Position numbers and translations under genes: made by a program. A stretch of 64,000 nt of DNA, taken from assembly GCA_039809385.1 (NCBI GenBank), contig JBDHUY010000007.1:33494-97493 (forward strand), in the 5' to 3' direction. Positions 1 through 10,412 of the stretch are shown piece by piece. Origin of the DNA: Candidatus Altimarinota bacterium. GTDB lineage: Bacteria > Patescibacteriota > Gracilibacteria > JBDHUY01. The notes beneath the pieces are model-generated. The model did no database searches. It was not told the origin of the DNA and saw only the letters and a program-made list of their open reading frames with translations. How positions within the stretch are numbered: position 1 is the first letter of the stretch; every line of letters begins with the position of its first letter.

Positions 1-271
1 AGCATGGGCTCGTCAGGCATTCCAGATATTTTTCCGCTATTTTCTTGATATGTTCGATAAATAAGTATCTGGCAATACTTCGGTATGGACGATTATTTGC
101 GATTTTGGCCTGCCGAATGCCGATTCCCGTAGTACGTATTTTCTGCCCCGTCGAAGCTCCTTTGTTCCGGTTCTCCTATAAAAAAAGAAAAAACCTCTTG
201 TCTCTTTCTCAAAGTCATTTTATTATTAAGATTCCGCGTCTGCCGTTACTTTTTAATTATACCTAATTCTT

Positions 272-1015
272 ATGGATACATCCAAGGTAGAAAAACAGGG
301 TAGAATATTTCTCTTAGCCTATGATCAGGGACTCGAACACGGTCCGGCCGATTTTAACGAATGGAGTGCCGATCCGGCTAACATTATTAAAACTGGTTTG
401 GAAGGTGGAGCTACGTGTATTGCGTTTCAATACGGTATTGCTCGCCGATTCTATACGCCCGATCTCAAAGACAAACTTCCTTTGATTCTCAAAGTAAACG
501 GCAAGAGCAATCTGAATAAGAAAAATTATCTCGGGGCGCTTACCGCTTCGGTAGAGGACGCCGTCAAACTGGGTGCGGTCGGTATCGGTTTCACCATCAA
601 CCCCGGCCAGACCGACGAACATATTGCCTATGATCAATTTGTGCACCTGCGTCGCGAAGCCGAGAAGGCCGGTCTCTTTACCGCAGTCTGGTCGTATGCC
701 CGCGGACCTGAAATCGAGAACCAGTTTGATCCGAAAGTCGTAGCATATGCCGTTCGTATTGCCGTGGAACTGGGGGCCGATATGGTCAAGGTCAAATATC
801 CCGGTTCGGCCGAAACTTTTGCGTATGCGGTGCAAAATGCCGCCGGCGCCAAAGTGCTGGCTTCCGGAACCGATAATTTTCAAGGCGATTATATCGAAGC
901 CGTCGCCGAAATGCTGGAATCCGGTGCTCATGGTATCGCGGTGGGGCGCAAGGTCTGGCAGGACGAAAAGGCGGTGGACGTTGCGAAAGGACTTTCAAAA
1001 GTACTGTTTGGATAA
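272..1015 (+). CDS. Class I fructose-bisphosphate aldolase (DhnA/FbaB family)
   Basis: LAYDQGLEHGP motif, ILKVNGK, ELGADMVKVKY Schiff-base Lys region, GIAVGRKVWQ; clustered with pfkA. Confidence 0.88.
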   Translation: MDTSKVEKQGRIFLLAYDQGLEHGPADFNEWSADPANIIKTGLEGGATCIAFQYGIARRFYTPDLKDKLPLILKVNGKSNLNKKNYLGALTASVEDAVKLGAVGIGFTINPGQTDEHIAYDQFVHLRREAEKAGLFTAVWSYARGPEIENQFDPKVVAYAVRIAVELGADMVKVKYPGSAETFAYAVQNAAGAKVLASGTDNFQGDYIEAVAEMLESGAHGIAVGRKVWQDEKAVDVAKGLSKVLFG

Positions 1016-1016
1016 T

Positions 1017-1122
1017 AAATTCGAAATTCCAAATCTCAAACTGGAAACAGTTATAAGAAATTGGAATTTCTGATTTAGTGCTTGTGGTTTGTTTAGAAAG
1101 TAGATATTCGAATTTAGAATTT
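1017..1122. repeat. Heptamer-periodic intergenic palindrome (AAATTCC/AAATCTC ... GAATTTAGAATTT family)
   Basis: Imperfect inverted repeat made of 7-nt units; its reverse complement aligns by eye with the element at 2546-2687. Confidence 0.7.
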
Positions 1123-1149
1123 CATTCATAAATCATAAATAAATCTTCC

Positions 1150-2505
1150 ATGTACAAAGCCATTATCATCGGAGCCGGCCCCTCGGGCTATACCGCTGCT
1201 ATTCGTATTTCTCAGCTGGGGGGCAAAGCCCTGTTGATCGAACGGGATCTGGTAGGCGGCATTTGTGTCAACTGGGGTTGTACCCCGAGCAAGGCGATGA
1301 TTACTTCCGCGAAATATGTTAAAGCCGTTCAGAGCGCAGCTCACTATGGGGTACATCCGGGCGATGTAAAAATCGATTTCCCGCGAATTGCCGAACGGCG
1401 GGACGAAGTGATCAATCGTAGCCGTCTCGAAATTCGCGATCTGCTGGACCACTGGAACGTCGATGTGGTCGAAGGTAGTGCCCAAGTAGTAGATCCTACT
1501 CATGTCAAAGTTGGCGATACCGTCTACGAAGGCGAGCATATTATCTATGCCTCAGGATCCCAGCCGCTGGTTCCGAATTTGTTTGACGAGCAGGATCCGA
1601 GTATTTGTAACAGTAATAAACTGATTACGATCAAGGAACTACCAGAACAATTGACCATTATCGGCGGCGGCATTATCGGACTCGAATTTGCTACCATGTT
1701 CTGCCATTTCGGTTGCAAAGTGACGATCGTCGAATTTCTCGATCGATGTCTTTTTAGCATGGATCCCGAAATCTCGTTGGCCATTACCGACGAACTTACC
1801 AAGATCGGCGTCAAGATTTATACCGGACACAAAGTGCTGAAGGTCGAACAAGGAAAACTTACCATCGAAAACCAGCAAACCAAGGTAATCGAAACCCTCG
1901 ATTCTCCTTTTAATCTGATTGCTATCGGCCGTAAGGCCGTGATTAACAAAGAAGAGATGGAAAAAATGGGTATCCAGGCTACGGATAAAGGTATCGGCGT
2001 GAACGAATACTTACAGACATCTGTCCCGAATATCTATGCGGTAGGGGATGCTACGGGACAGAGTATTTTAGCCCATGTGGCTATCCAACAGGGCATTATC
2101 GCAGCGGAACATATCATGCAGCACGGGAACCGGGCGATGAATTACGACGTTATTCCGGCAGTGGTCTATACGTTACCCGAGGTGGCGACTGTCGGAAAGG
2201 TTCCGACAGATACCCATGGGGTGAAGATCGTTAAATTCCCCTTTTCTCACAACCTGCGCGCTACGATTGAAGAGCATAGCGCTGGTTTCGTGAAATTATG
2301 GATCGACCAGTCCACTCAACAACTTGTGGCAGCTCAAATCATCGGCGACATGGCTGGCGAGATTATTCAGGCCTATGCGAATATTATTCAGCTTAAAACA
2401 CCGATTGATCAAGTTGCCAATACGATTCATGCCCATCCGACCTATAACGAGATCGTGCGGAATTCACTGGAACACGCATTGGGAAGAGCGATAGAATACT
2501 TTTAG
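1150..2505 (+). CDS. lpdA: Dihydrolipoyl dehydrogenase / pyridine nucleotide-disulfide oxidoreductase
   Basis: GAGPSG FAD motif, redox-active GGICVNWGCTPSK, GGGIIGLE NAD motif, C-terminal HAHPTYNE. Confidence 0.85.
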   Translation: MYKAIIIGAGPSGYTAAIRISQLGGKALLIERDLVGGICVNWGCTPSKAMITSAKYVKAVQSAAHYGVHPGDVKIDFPRIAERRDEVINRSRLEIRDLLDHWNVDVVEGSAQVVDPTHVKVGDTVYEGEHIIYASGSQPLVPNLFDEQDPSICNSNKLITIKELPEQLTIIGGGIIGLEFATMFCHFGCKVTIVEFLDRCLFSMDPEISLAITDELTKIGVKIYTGHKVLKVEQGKLTIENQQTKVIETLDSPFNLIAIGRKAVINKEEMEKMGIQATDKGIGVNEYLQTSVPNIYAVGDATGQSILAHVAIQQGIIAAEHIMQHGNRAMNYDVIPAVVYTLPEVATVGKVPTDTHGVKIVKFPFSHNLRATIEEHSAGFVKLWIDQSTQQLVAAQIIGDMAGEIIQAYANIIQLKTPIDQVANTIHAHPTYNEIVRNSLEHALGRAIEYF

Positions 2506-2545
2506 TTAGTTATGGAACGCACAAGTTTGAAATACTTCCTTATTT

Positions 2546-2687
2546 GAAATTCCAAACTCGAATATCGAAATACGAAACAAATCACAAATACGAAACCAGA
2601 AATTCCAAACTTTCATTTTCCCGTTTGGAATTTGAAAATTAGAATTTAGAATTTGTTTAGTATTTATGATTTAGAATTTCGTATTTC
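2546..2687. repeat. Heptamer-periodic intergenic palindrome (same family as 1017-1122)
   Basis: GAAATTCCAAACTCGAATATCGAAATACGAAAC... paired with ...TTTGGAATTTGAAAATTAGAATTTAGAATTT...CGTATTTC. Confidence 0.7.
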
Positions 2688-2747
2688 TTCTCTCTTGCTC
2701 AGATAGAACTTCCACCTAAAACGTAATATATTCTAACAAAACAAGTT

Positions 2748-3830
2748 ATGCGAAAGATCGGTATTATCAACGGCGGTGGCGATTGCGCCGGCATCAATGC
2801 GGTTATTGCAGCCGCAGTTAAGTCGGGTAAGCCGTACGGTTATACCTATTACGGCTTTGAAAAAGGCTGGGGCGGCGTATTGGATATGAATTACCGGGTA
2901 TTGGACGAAGAAGCAGTGCGTGGGATTGCACACTTGGGCGGAACTATTTTAAAAACCACGAATAAAGGAAAATTTACCGCTATCGTAGGGGTAGGACAGA
3001 AGGCCACATATCCGCCGGAACTGATCCAGGCGGTTTTGACGAATCTGAAAAAACTCGACATCGATACGTTGCTAGTGATCGGCGGCGACGGGACCATGGC
3101 CGGTGCGCTGCAATTTGTTCCTCACGGGATCAATATGGTCGGAGTTCCGAAAACAATTGATAACGACCTCAAAAGCACCGATCGTACCTTCGGTTTCAAT
3201 ACCGCCGTCGACGTCGTAGTCGACGCACTGGATCGAATTCATACTACTGCCTACAGCCACGATCGCGTTATTATCGTTGAAACTATGGGGCGCTACACCG
3301 GCTGGATCGCCCTCTATGGAGGCCTGGCTGGCGGTGCTGATGTTATTCTCTTGCCGGAATTTCCGTTTAGTACCACGGGGGTGGTAGATTTTTTGCGTAA
3401 ACGCCGTTCCAACGACCGCAACTATTCGGTCATTGTGATTGCCGAAGGGGCTAAAGTCCAAGCCCAGGAAGTTCATGTACGTAAAGTTGACGATGCTCAT
3501 GGCGAATCAAAATTGGGAGGGGCAGCGGAACGTTTAATGTACCATATCGAAGAACTTGCTCCCGAAGAATTTGAAATGCGACACGTTGTCCTGGGACATA
3601 CCCAGCGTGGCGGAACTCCTAATGCGGATGATCGCATCCTGGCACTTTCCTATGGACACGCCGCTACGGAAGCCATTCACAACGAACAATTTGGTCATAT
3701 GATTGTTTTACATGAGGGACGAATTAAGACAGTTCCACTGGATGGTATGATTGAGGGACTCAAAGGGATAACTCGTCAGAATGACGCCTATCAAACGGCC
3801 AAATCGATCGGGATTTATATGGGGGAATGA
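2748..3830 (+). CDS. pfkA: 6-phosphofructokinase (group III type, probably ATP-dependent)
   Basis: GGGDCAGINA, GGDGT, VPKTIDNDL, ETMGR and LGHTQRGG motifs. Confidence 0.92.
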   Translation: MRKIGIINGGGDCAGINAVIAAAVKSGKPYGYTYYGFEKGWGGVLDMNYRVLDEEAVRGIAHLGGTILKTTNKGKFTAIVGVGQKATYPPELIQAVLTNLKKLDIDTLLVIGGDGTMAGALQFVPHGINMVGVPKTIDNDLKSTDRTFGFNTAVDVVVDALDRIHTTAYSHDRVIIVETMGRYTGWIALYGGLAGGADVILLPEFPFSTTGVVDFLRKRRSNDRNYSVIVIAEGAKVQAQEVHVRKVDDAHGESKLGGAAERLMYHIEELAPEEFEMRHVVLGHTQRGGTPNADDRILALSYGHAATEAIHNEQFGHMIVLHEGRIKTVPLDGMIEGLKGITRQNDAYQTAKSIGIYMGE

Positions 3831-4055
3831 AGCAAGAATCTAGAATCAAGAATAGAGGCAACGTCAATCAGGTTTCATTAGCCGTTTCAAAGTAGGTTCC
3901 TGTTTGCTTCTAATCTCCATCCAAGATTCTTTCTAAAGAAGTATCTTGAAGGTGTCGTTTTGCGGTCAAGCCACAAAATCTATACATTACAAGTCCATCG
4001 ATTCGTTCTCTATAACCCGGAAATGATATAATAAAACGATATCATCATTTTCCGT

Positions 4056-5381
4056 ATGTCCCAAAATTCGATCTCGCTCGAAAAAGCTCTGGAACTTTTA
4101 CAGACCTATCAACAAACTCGCCAGTACAAAAAAAGTATTGCGCTGGCCTCTACTATCTTGCGAACTGTTCCGGATAATGTCACCGTGCTGCGCTTCTTTC
4201 AGGAAGCCCGGCTTCAGTACGCGCTTAGCAAGAGCCAGATGCTGACCCGAGTATTTCAGGGAATCATGGCCGTTTTGCTCGTGCTGGCCGGGTTGTTTGC
4301 CTATCAGTGGTGGGCCGTATTTCCGACGTTTGAAAAAACTACAGCTTCGCACGAGGGAAAGCTGATCAGTTTGATCAAAGAGAACGGTACTTTGCGAGAA
4401 AAAAATGACCAACTAACTGGGCAAATTACGCTGTTTCAAAATCAAGTATCGCTGTTGACCACAGGCTTACATGAAGTCTCCGAAAAACTGCTGCGCAAGC
4501 GTGAAGAAAATCCGGATGAAAAATTACAACAAATCGCAGCCCTGCAAGTAAAGATAGACGAACAGAACAACCAGATTCAGCAACTGATCAAACTCAGTGT
4601 CGAGCAAGAGAAAAAGAAACCGACCGCTTTTACGTATGCGCAGGATATTCGTAATTTCTTGATCGTGGGCGATCATGGCGGTCTGACCGATACAATCATG
4701 ATCGCCTCGGTCAACCCGTCGCTCAAAACCATTTCGCTTATTTCGGTGCCGCGCGATCTGTATATCGACGGGCGGAAAGTGAATGAAATTTACAAAGCCT
4801 ACGGCCGCGACACGCTCCAAGTCTACTTGCACGACATTACCGGACTGACGATTCAGCATTATCTGAAAGTCGATCTGGAAGGTTTTGTGAAAGTTATTGA
4901 CTTAGTGGGAGGTATCGATGTGAATGTTCCGAAAGATATTGCAGACAAACAGTATCCCACCGGCGACGGCAATACCGAAGAACTTTTCATTGCCAAAGGC
5001 TGGCAGCATTTTGATGGAACGCAGGCGCTCAAATATGCCAGGACCCGCCACGGTGACAGCGATTTCGAGCGAGCTAAACGACAGCAGCAGGTAATCGAGA
5101 TTACGCTGGACAAGATCCGCGCCCTGGGAATCGCAGACGTAGCTCAGCAGCTCGAACTGGCCAAGACTATGCTTGCCAGTGTCGAAACCGACGTGAACGT
5201 GTTTCAAGCTCTCGGCTTCTATCAGGATTACCAGCAATTTACTATTGAACGCGGGAACGTCATTTCCACGTCCAATTTTTTGTATCCTTCCAAAACCGCG
5301 AATAACGACTATATCGCTTTGCCGACTGACACGACGTACGAAGCGATCCAAAAGTATGTGTATGATCTGGTTATGCGTTAG
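4056..5381 (+). CDS. LytR-CpsA-Psr (LCP) family protein with N-terminal TM helix and coiled coil
   Basis: TDTIMIASVN, ISVPRDLY, ALKYARTRH, DSDFERAKRQQQV; TM segment IMAVLLVLAGLFAYQWW followed by a heptad-rich stalk. Confidence 0.9.
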   Translation: MSQNSISLEKALELLQTYQQTRQYKKSIALASTILRTVPDNVTVLRFFQEARLQYALSKSQMLTRVFQGIMAVLLVLAGLFAYQWWAVFPTFEKTTASHEGKLISLIKENGTLREKNDQLTGQITLFQNQVSLLTTGLHEVSEKLLRKREENPDEKLQQIAALQVKIDEQNNQIQQLIKLSVEQEKKKPTAFTYAQDIRNFLIVGDHGGLTDTIMIASVNPSLKTISLISVPRDLYIDGRKVNEIYKAYGRDTLQVYLHDITGLTIQHYLKVDLEGFVKVIDLVGGIDVNVPKDIADKQYPTGDGNTEELFIAKGWQHFDGTQALKYARTRHGDSDFERAKRQQQVIEITLDKIRALGIADVAQQLELAKTMLASVETDVNVFQALGFYQDYQQFTIERGNVISTSNFLYPSKTANNDYIALPTDTTYEAIQKYVYDLVMR

Positions 5382-5398
5382 CTTCATTAATCGGTTTT

Positions 5399-6682
5399 AT
5401 GGCAAACGAAATCTCCTCTAGCGATACAAACGAGCAGTCACCCGCTTCTCCAGAAAAAGCAAAAAACCTCTTATTGCTGCGCCTAGAGCGTCAAATGCCG
5501 TATTTGAGAGAACTGGTTCGCTTGATCGAAGAAAAATCGAATATTGAAATGTCTCCATCCGAAATTGAATTTCAATTTCAGGAATTTTATCGTGATATGG
5601 AGCAACGGCTTGCTTCCGGTCAACTGCGGACTGAGCTTGAACTGTATCGTAACCTCTCGTTGGAACGGGTGCGGTTTAATGACAGCATTAAAAACGTTGT
5701 CTCCGAAGATCCGGATATTGATATCACAGATCTGTTTGAGGAGGATACCAAATTCGATCAGTTAAGTGACTTTGAGGCAAACCCAAGTATTCTTTTCTTT
5801 ACAAAGATAGAAAAGATGCTCGCAGTTCTGCTCGAAAAAAACAAACTTGTTTCCTCTCTCTATAGAAATCGCGACAGTCTCCCAGCAAAAATTTACGAAC
5901 TTGTGCCGACATGGAACGGTATAGATATATCCAGTTTCGAAACACACTTTTCAGCTTTCGGGGTGACATTTATCGTGCCGGAGGATATTTTTCGACGTAT
6001 TAAACCCGGCTCGGAAGGTACTCATTATCGCAATACGCCGTTTTCATTTGTGAAACAACGTCCCGATCTCGATTCTATGGCAAAAACGCAGAAACACGAA
6101 GAGTTGCATAACCTGATGGAAGGAATCTTCCAAAGTTCCGGCTATTCCATAGAGCATTTCAGTCATAAATTACAACATCTGATAATGTTGTATAAAAATT
6201 TTGGAAAGAGGATAATGTTTCGGAAAAACTATAAAGAATGTTTACAATATCTTAATCGGTTGCATGAAGAAATGGTAGCCAACCTGCCGGGCTTTTTGTC
6301 TGATATCACAGCGTCTGTCCCAGCAGTTCTTTTGGAGTTCTCTACAGCCAAGAATTACTTTGATCAGTCATGCGATATTTTTGACCGTGTTATAAAAGAT
6401 AATGGACAAAATCAAGATGTAAAAAGATTTTTGGAAGGGGGAAAAAGAACATTTGTGTCAAGATTTAGGCGTATAGAAAATAACGTACGAGCACTCTTTG
6501 ATCTAATAGGTATACTTCAGAAACTCTCGGCAGGTGATCAACATATTCAAGATATCTCGACCGACATATATATTCTCTTGTTCTATCTTCGGCCGCTCGA
6601 ATACCATTATATTATTCCTTATCTGCGGCATGCTTATCCGCATATTTTTGTGAGAAGCAGGCCTGTTCCCGATGTGGATTGA
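5399..6682 (+). CDS. Hypothetical protein with HExxH motif (possible Zn metalloprotease)
   Basis: 427-aa ORF with HEELH and a downstream LHEEMV; no family recognised. Confidence 0.6.
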   Translation: MANEISSSDTNEQSPASPEKAKNLLLLRLERQMPYLRELVRLIEEKSNIEMSPSEIEFQFQEFYRDMEQRLASGQLRTELELYRNLSLERVRFNDSIKNVVSEDPDIDITDLFEEDTKFDQLSDFEANPSILFFTKIEKMLAVLLEKNKLVSSLYRNRDSLPAKIYELVPTWNGIDISSFETHFSAFGVTFIVPEDIFRRIKPGSEGTHYRNTPFSFVKQRPDLDSMAKTQKHEELHNLMEGIFQSSGYSIEHFSHKLQHLIMLYKNFGKRIMFRKNYKECLQYLNRLHEEMVANLPGFLSDITASVPAVLLEFSTAKNYFDQSCDIFDRVIKDNGQNQDVKRFLEGGKRTFVSRFRRIENNVRALFDLIGILQKLSAGDQHIQDISTDIYILLFYLRPLEYHYIIPYLRHAYPHIFVRSRPVPDVD

Positions 6683-6973
6683 TGTCGGTTGAAAGTATGT
6701 CGTCAAATGCGTTTCGTAATGTGTGACAAACCCTTCGGAACACCACTCTGTAACTTTCTATATCGGAATGCGTTGATGCCATGTTTGCAGTATCTCCGGT
6801 TCACATAGTAACGGTACTATCCATTTTCTTTCGACAACTTCCGGATTTTCGTGTACAGTGTCTGGGCTTTAGAAAAAAAGTCCAAAATTAAAAAATGTAA
6901 AGTGATACGATCATTTTTCACTTGAGACTTTTTACTTTACATTTCAGATTTCATTTCCTGTCTAACCTTCCTT

Positions 6974-8746
6974 ATGTCATCCCTTCGCAATATCGCTATT
7001 ATCGCTCACGTCGATCACGGTAAAACTACACTGGTAGACGCACTTCTCCGCCAGTCCAAAACCAACCTCGGTAAACTCGAGGAGTCCAAAGATCTGATCC
7101 TGGATAACAACGACTTGGAACGCGAACGCGGGATTACCATATTTTCCAAAAACGCCGCGGTCCGCTACAACGAAGTAAAAGTCAATATCATCGACACTCC
7201 CGGACACGCCGATTTCGGTGGCGAAGTAGAGCGTGTCTTAAAGATGGCCGACGGCGCGTTACTCTTGATCGACGCCCAGGAAGGGCCGATGCCCCAGACC
7301 CGTTTCGTGCTCAAAAAAGCCCTGGAAAAGGGACTCAAGGTGATCGTTGTTATCAACAAAATCGACAAGCCCAATGCACGTATCGAGTGGGTGTTAGAAA
7401 AAACCTACGAACTCTTTATCGATCTGGGCGCTAACGACGAACAGATCAATTTTCCGGTCATTTACGCGGCGGCCAAATTGGGCAAAGCCGACACCCACAA
7501 AGATCTGGAAAAAATGCAGGATATTCGCCCTCTCTTTGATACCATCTTGCAGGAAATCCCGGCTCCGGAGCAAAAATTGGAACAGCCGTTCCAGATGCAT
7601 GTGGTAGCTCTTTCGTACGATAATTTCAAAGGAAAAATTGCCATTGGGCGAATCTATCAGGGGTCCGTAAAACAAGGCCAATCGGTGATGCATATCGACC
7701 GTCAAGGCAAACAGGCGGTGCAGAAAATCACGGCGCTGATGACGTTTGAAGGATTGGCCCGCATGGAAACCGAGACGATGGGCGGGGGCGACATTGCGGC
7801 TGTCGCCGGTTTTGACAGTGTCAATATCGGCGATACGTTGTGCGACAAAGACAATCCGCAACCCTTGCCGCCGATCGATATCGAACCGCCTACGGTAAAA
7901 ATGACATTCGGCGTAAATAGCTCCCCGTTTGCCGGTCGGGAAGGCCAGTGGTGCACCTCGCGCAACTTACGCGAACGCTTATATCGCGAATTGGATAAAG
8001 ACGTAGCTCTGAAAGTCGAAGACGGCAAAAGCGCCGACGAGTTCATCGTTTCGGGCCGCGGCGAACTTCATTTATCGATCCTGATCGAAACGATGCGCCG
8101 CGAGGGATATGAACTGCAGGTTTCGCGTCCGGAAGTTATTATGAAAGAGGAAGAAGGCGTCTCAAAAGAACCCTACGAAGAGATCTGGGTGGAAGTTCCC
8201 GAAACGTATTCGGGAATGGTGATTGAACAAATGGGCATGCGCAAGGGCGAAATGCTCAACATGCGTTCCGAAGGCGTGACCACCCATTTCCATTTTCTGA
8301 TCGCGACACGCGGACTGATCGGTTACCGCAATGAATTGCTTGTTTCTACCCGCGGTACTGGCATCCTAAACTCCTTATTTGCCGGCTACAAAGCCTTGGC
8401 GGTTGGTATCGGCAGTAACCCGCACGGATCGCTGGTGGCCTTCGAATCTGGCAAGACGAACACCTACGGTCTGTTAAATGCCCAGGAACGCGGTATTCTC
8501 TTCGTCGGCCCGGGCGAAGATGTGTATAAAGGTCAGGTGGTCGGCGAAAACGCCAAACCTGAGGATCTGAGTGTCAATGTCTGCAAAACCAAACAGTTGT
8601 CGAATATGCGTTCCAAAGGCGACGGGACGAGCGAAGCGCTGACACCTAAACGGCTCGTCAATCTCGAACAAGCGATCGAATATATCGGCGACGACGAGCT
8701 GGTTGAGGTCACGCCCAAAAGTATCCGGATGCGGAAAAGGGGATAG
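6974..8746 (+). CDS. typA: Translational GTPase TypA/BipA
   Basis: [41 protein letters not shown]-terminal [16 protein letters not shown]. Confidence 0.97.
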   Translation: MSSLRNIAIIAHVDHGKTTLVDALLRQSKTNLGKLEESKDLILDNNDLERERGITIFSKNAAVRYNEVKVNIIDTPGHADFGGEVERVLKMADGALLLIDAQEGPMPQTRFVLKKALEKGLKVIVVINKIDKPNARIEWVLEKTYELFIDLGANDEQINFPVIYAAAKLGKADTHKDLEKMQDIRPLFDTILQEIPAPEQKLEQPFQMHVVALSYDNFKGKIAIGRIYQGSVKQGQSVMHIDRQGKQAVQKITALMTFEGLARMETETMGGGDIAAVAGFDSVNIGDTLCDKDNPQPLPPIDIEPPTVKMTFGVNSSPFAGREGQWCTSRNLRERLYRELDKDVALKVEDGKSADEFIVSGRGELHLSILIETMRREGYELQVSRPEVIMKEEEGVSKEPYEEIWVEVPETYSGMVIEQMGMRKGEMLNMRSEGVTTHFHFLIATRGLIGYRNELLVSTRGTGILNSLFAGYKALAVGIGSNPHGSLVAFESGKTNTYGLLNAQERGILFVGPGEDVYKGQVVGENAKPEDLSVNVCKTKQLSNMRSKGDGTSEALTPKRLVNLEQAIEYIGDDELVEVTPKSIRMRKRG

Positions 8747-9050
8747 ATCCTACTAAAGAACACTTTGTAAAAAGTGAGATTTTTTTGAGAATAATTATAT
8801 TCCCGAATGCCTTCCTCCAAAAAGATGGTTTAAAGTTTGGCGAAGCATAATTTTTTTAGACGCTTTCCCCTTAACAAACCAATAAGTTGAGACGGTATAA
8901 AGACACACGTCTCAGTTTTTTTGATACCCCATTGTATCTTTAGAGCTATCTCTTAGGCTTTTGAACTTTATGGATTTAGATCGCATTACCTTGATTTTTA
9001 ACATAAAGTACTATAGTACTCACATAGTCATTATGATAAATTCGCTTCAT

Positions 9051-10412
9051 ATGATAAAAGACTTTAAAGGTAAAAAAATAATTATCTTTGGATTTGCCCG
9101 ACAAGGGCAGTCTTTGGCATCTTGGCTGCTTGATAAACAAGCCCATGTAACTGTCATAGACGAAAAGAGTATTGATCCCAATATTCAAGCTAAATACCAT
9201 TCTGTTAAATTCATCGCCGGTTCTTTAGAATTAGAGCAACTATCCGCAATGGATATTGTATTTGTTTCAGCCGGTGTTCCGCTTTCCAATCCTGTTGTAA
9301 ACGAAGCTCTCAACCGGGGTATCCCGGTTCATAATGATGCTGAACTTTTCTTAGATCGCTGTCCCGCCCCTGTCATTGGTATTACCGGAAGTGCTGGAAA
9401 AACTACAACAACTACTCTGGTGGGTGAGATGCTGAAGAGTTCTGGCTTTCAGACATGGGTAGGAGGCAACAATGGGCACGTTCTTCTCAATGACCTTGGA
9501 TCTGTTGGTCAGAAAGATAGGGTAGTAATCGAGCTATCCAGCTTTCAGTTGGAAATTATGAACAAAAGCCCGCAGATTGCTTGTATTTTGAATATAACTC
9601 CGAATCATCTCGATAGGCATATAAGTATGGAGAATTATTCAAGAGCTAAATCCCGGATTTTTTTATTTCCCCAGAGCAGGGAAAACTTGCTTGTATTGAA
9701 TCTCGACGACGAGGAGAGTTCCAAGCTGGATACAAAGAGTGTCGGCAAAGTGTATTATATAAGCATGCAAAAATCAGTTTCTCAAGGAGCTTTTTTATCT
9801 AACGAAGAAATTTTTGTAAATTTGTCCGTAGACAAACCAATTTTCATTTGTAACACTCGCGACATCCGATTACGAGGCCGTCATAATATTTATAATGTAA
9901 TGGCAGCTACATTGTTGAGTTTATTGGCCGGTGCTAAGGTTGAGCATATAAAATATGTTATTCATAATTTCAGTGGCGTGTCCCATCGACTTGAAGAGGT
10001 GAGAAGCATTAATGAAGTTCTATTTATTAATGATAGTATTGCAACGGCACCTGAAAGAGTTGTGGCAGCTATAAATTCTTTCGATGATCCGCTGATTATA
10101 TTGCTTGGAGGTAAAGATAAAAATCTTCCCTGGAAATATTTGATTGATCTATGTATGAAGAAGGCCAAATATGTTATTGTATTTGGCACGCTATTCGAAA
10201 AACTTTCCCCGCTACTTGATACTTATACGGGAGAGTTAAAGACTAAAATACGTCATTGCAAGAATCTTGATCAAGCTACTCAACTAAGTTATGAATTAGC
10301 GAGCCCGGGAGATATTGTCCTCCTTTCGCCGGGAGGGACAGCCTTTGATTGCTATAACAACTTTGAAGAGCGCGGAGATCATTTTCGTATACTCGTTCAT
10401 AACCTCAAATGA
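9051..10412 (+). CDS. murD: UDP-N-acetylmuramoyl-L-alanine--D-glutamate ligase (start could be 9033)
   Basis: GITGSAGKTTTT P-loop, ELSSFQLE, NITPNHLDRH, NDSIAT, LLGGKDK, LLSPGGTAFD..NFEERGDHF. Confidence 0.92.
   Translation: MIKDFKGKKIIIFGFARQGQSLASWLLDKQAHVTVIDEKSIDPNIQAKYHSVKFIAGSLELEQLSAMDIVFVSAGVPLSNPVVNEALNRGIPVHNDAELFLDRCPAPVIGITGSAGKTTTTTLVGEMLKSSGFQTWVGGNNGHVLLNDLGSVGQKDRVVIELSSFQLEIMNKSPQIACILNITPNHLDRHISMENYSRAKSRIFLFPQSRENLLVLNLDDEESSKLDTKSVGKVYYISMQKSVSQGAFLSNEEIFVNLSVDKPIFICNTRDIRLRGRHNIYNVMAATLLSLLAGAKVEHIKYVIHNFSGVSHRLEEVRSINEVLFINDSIATAPERVVAAINSFDDPLIILLGGKDKNLPWKYLIDLCMKKAKYVIVFGTLFEKLSPLLDTYTGELKTKIRHCKNLDQATQLSYELASPGDIVLLSPGGTAFDCYNNFEERGDHFRILVHNLK

Noticed and set aside
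45-266. 73-aa ORF at the window start
   Set aside because: No motif and it runs through promoter-like AT-rich sequence; it cannot be judged without upstream context.
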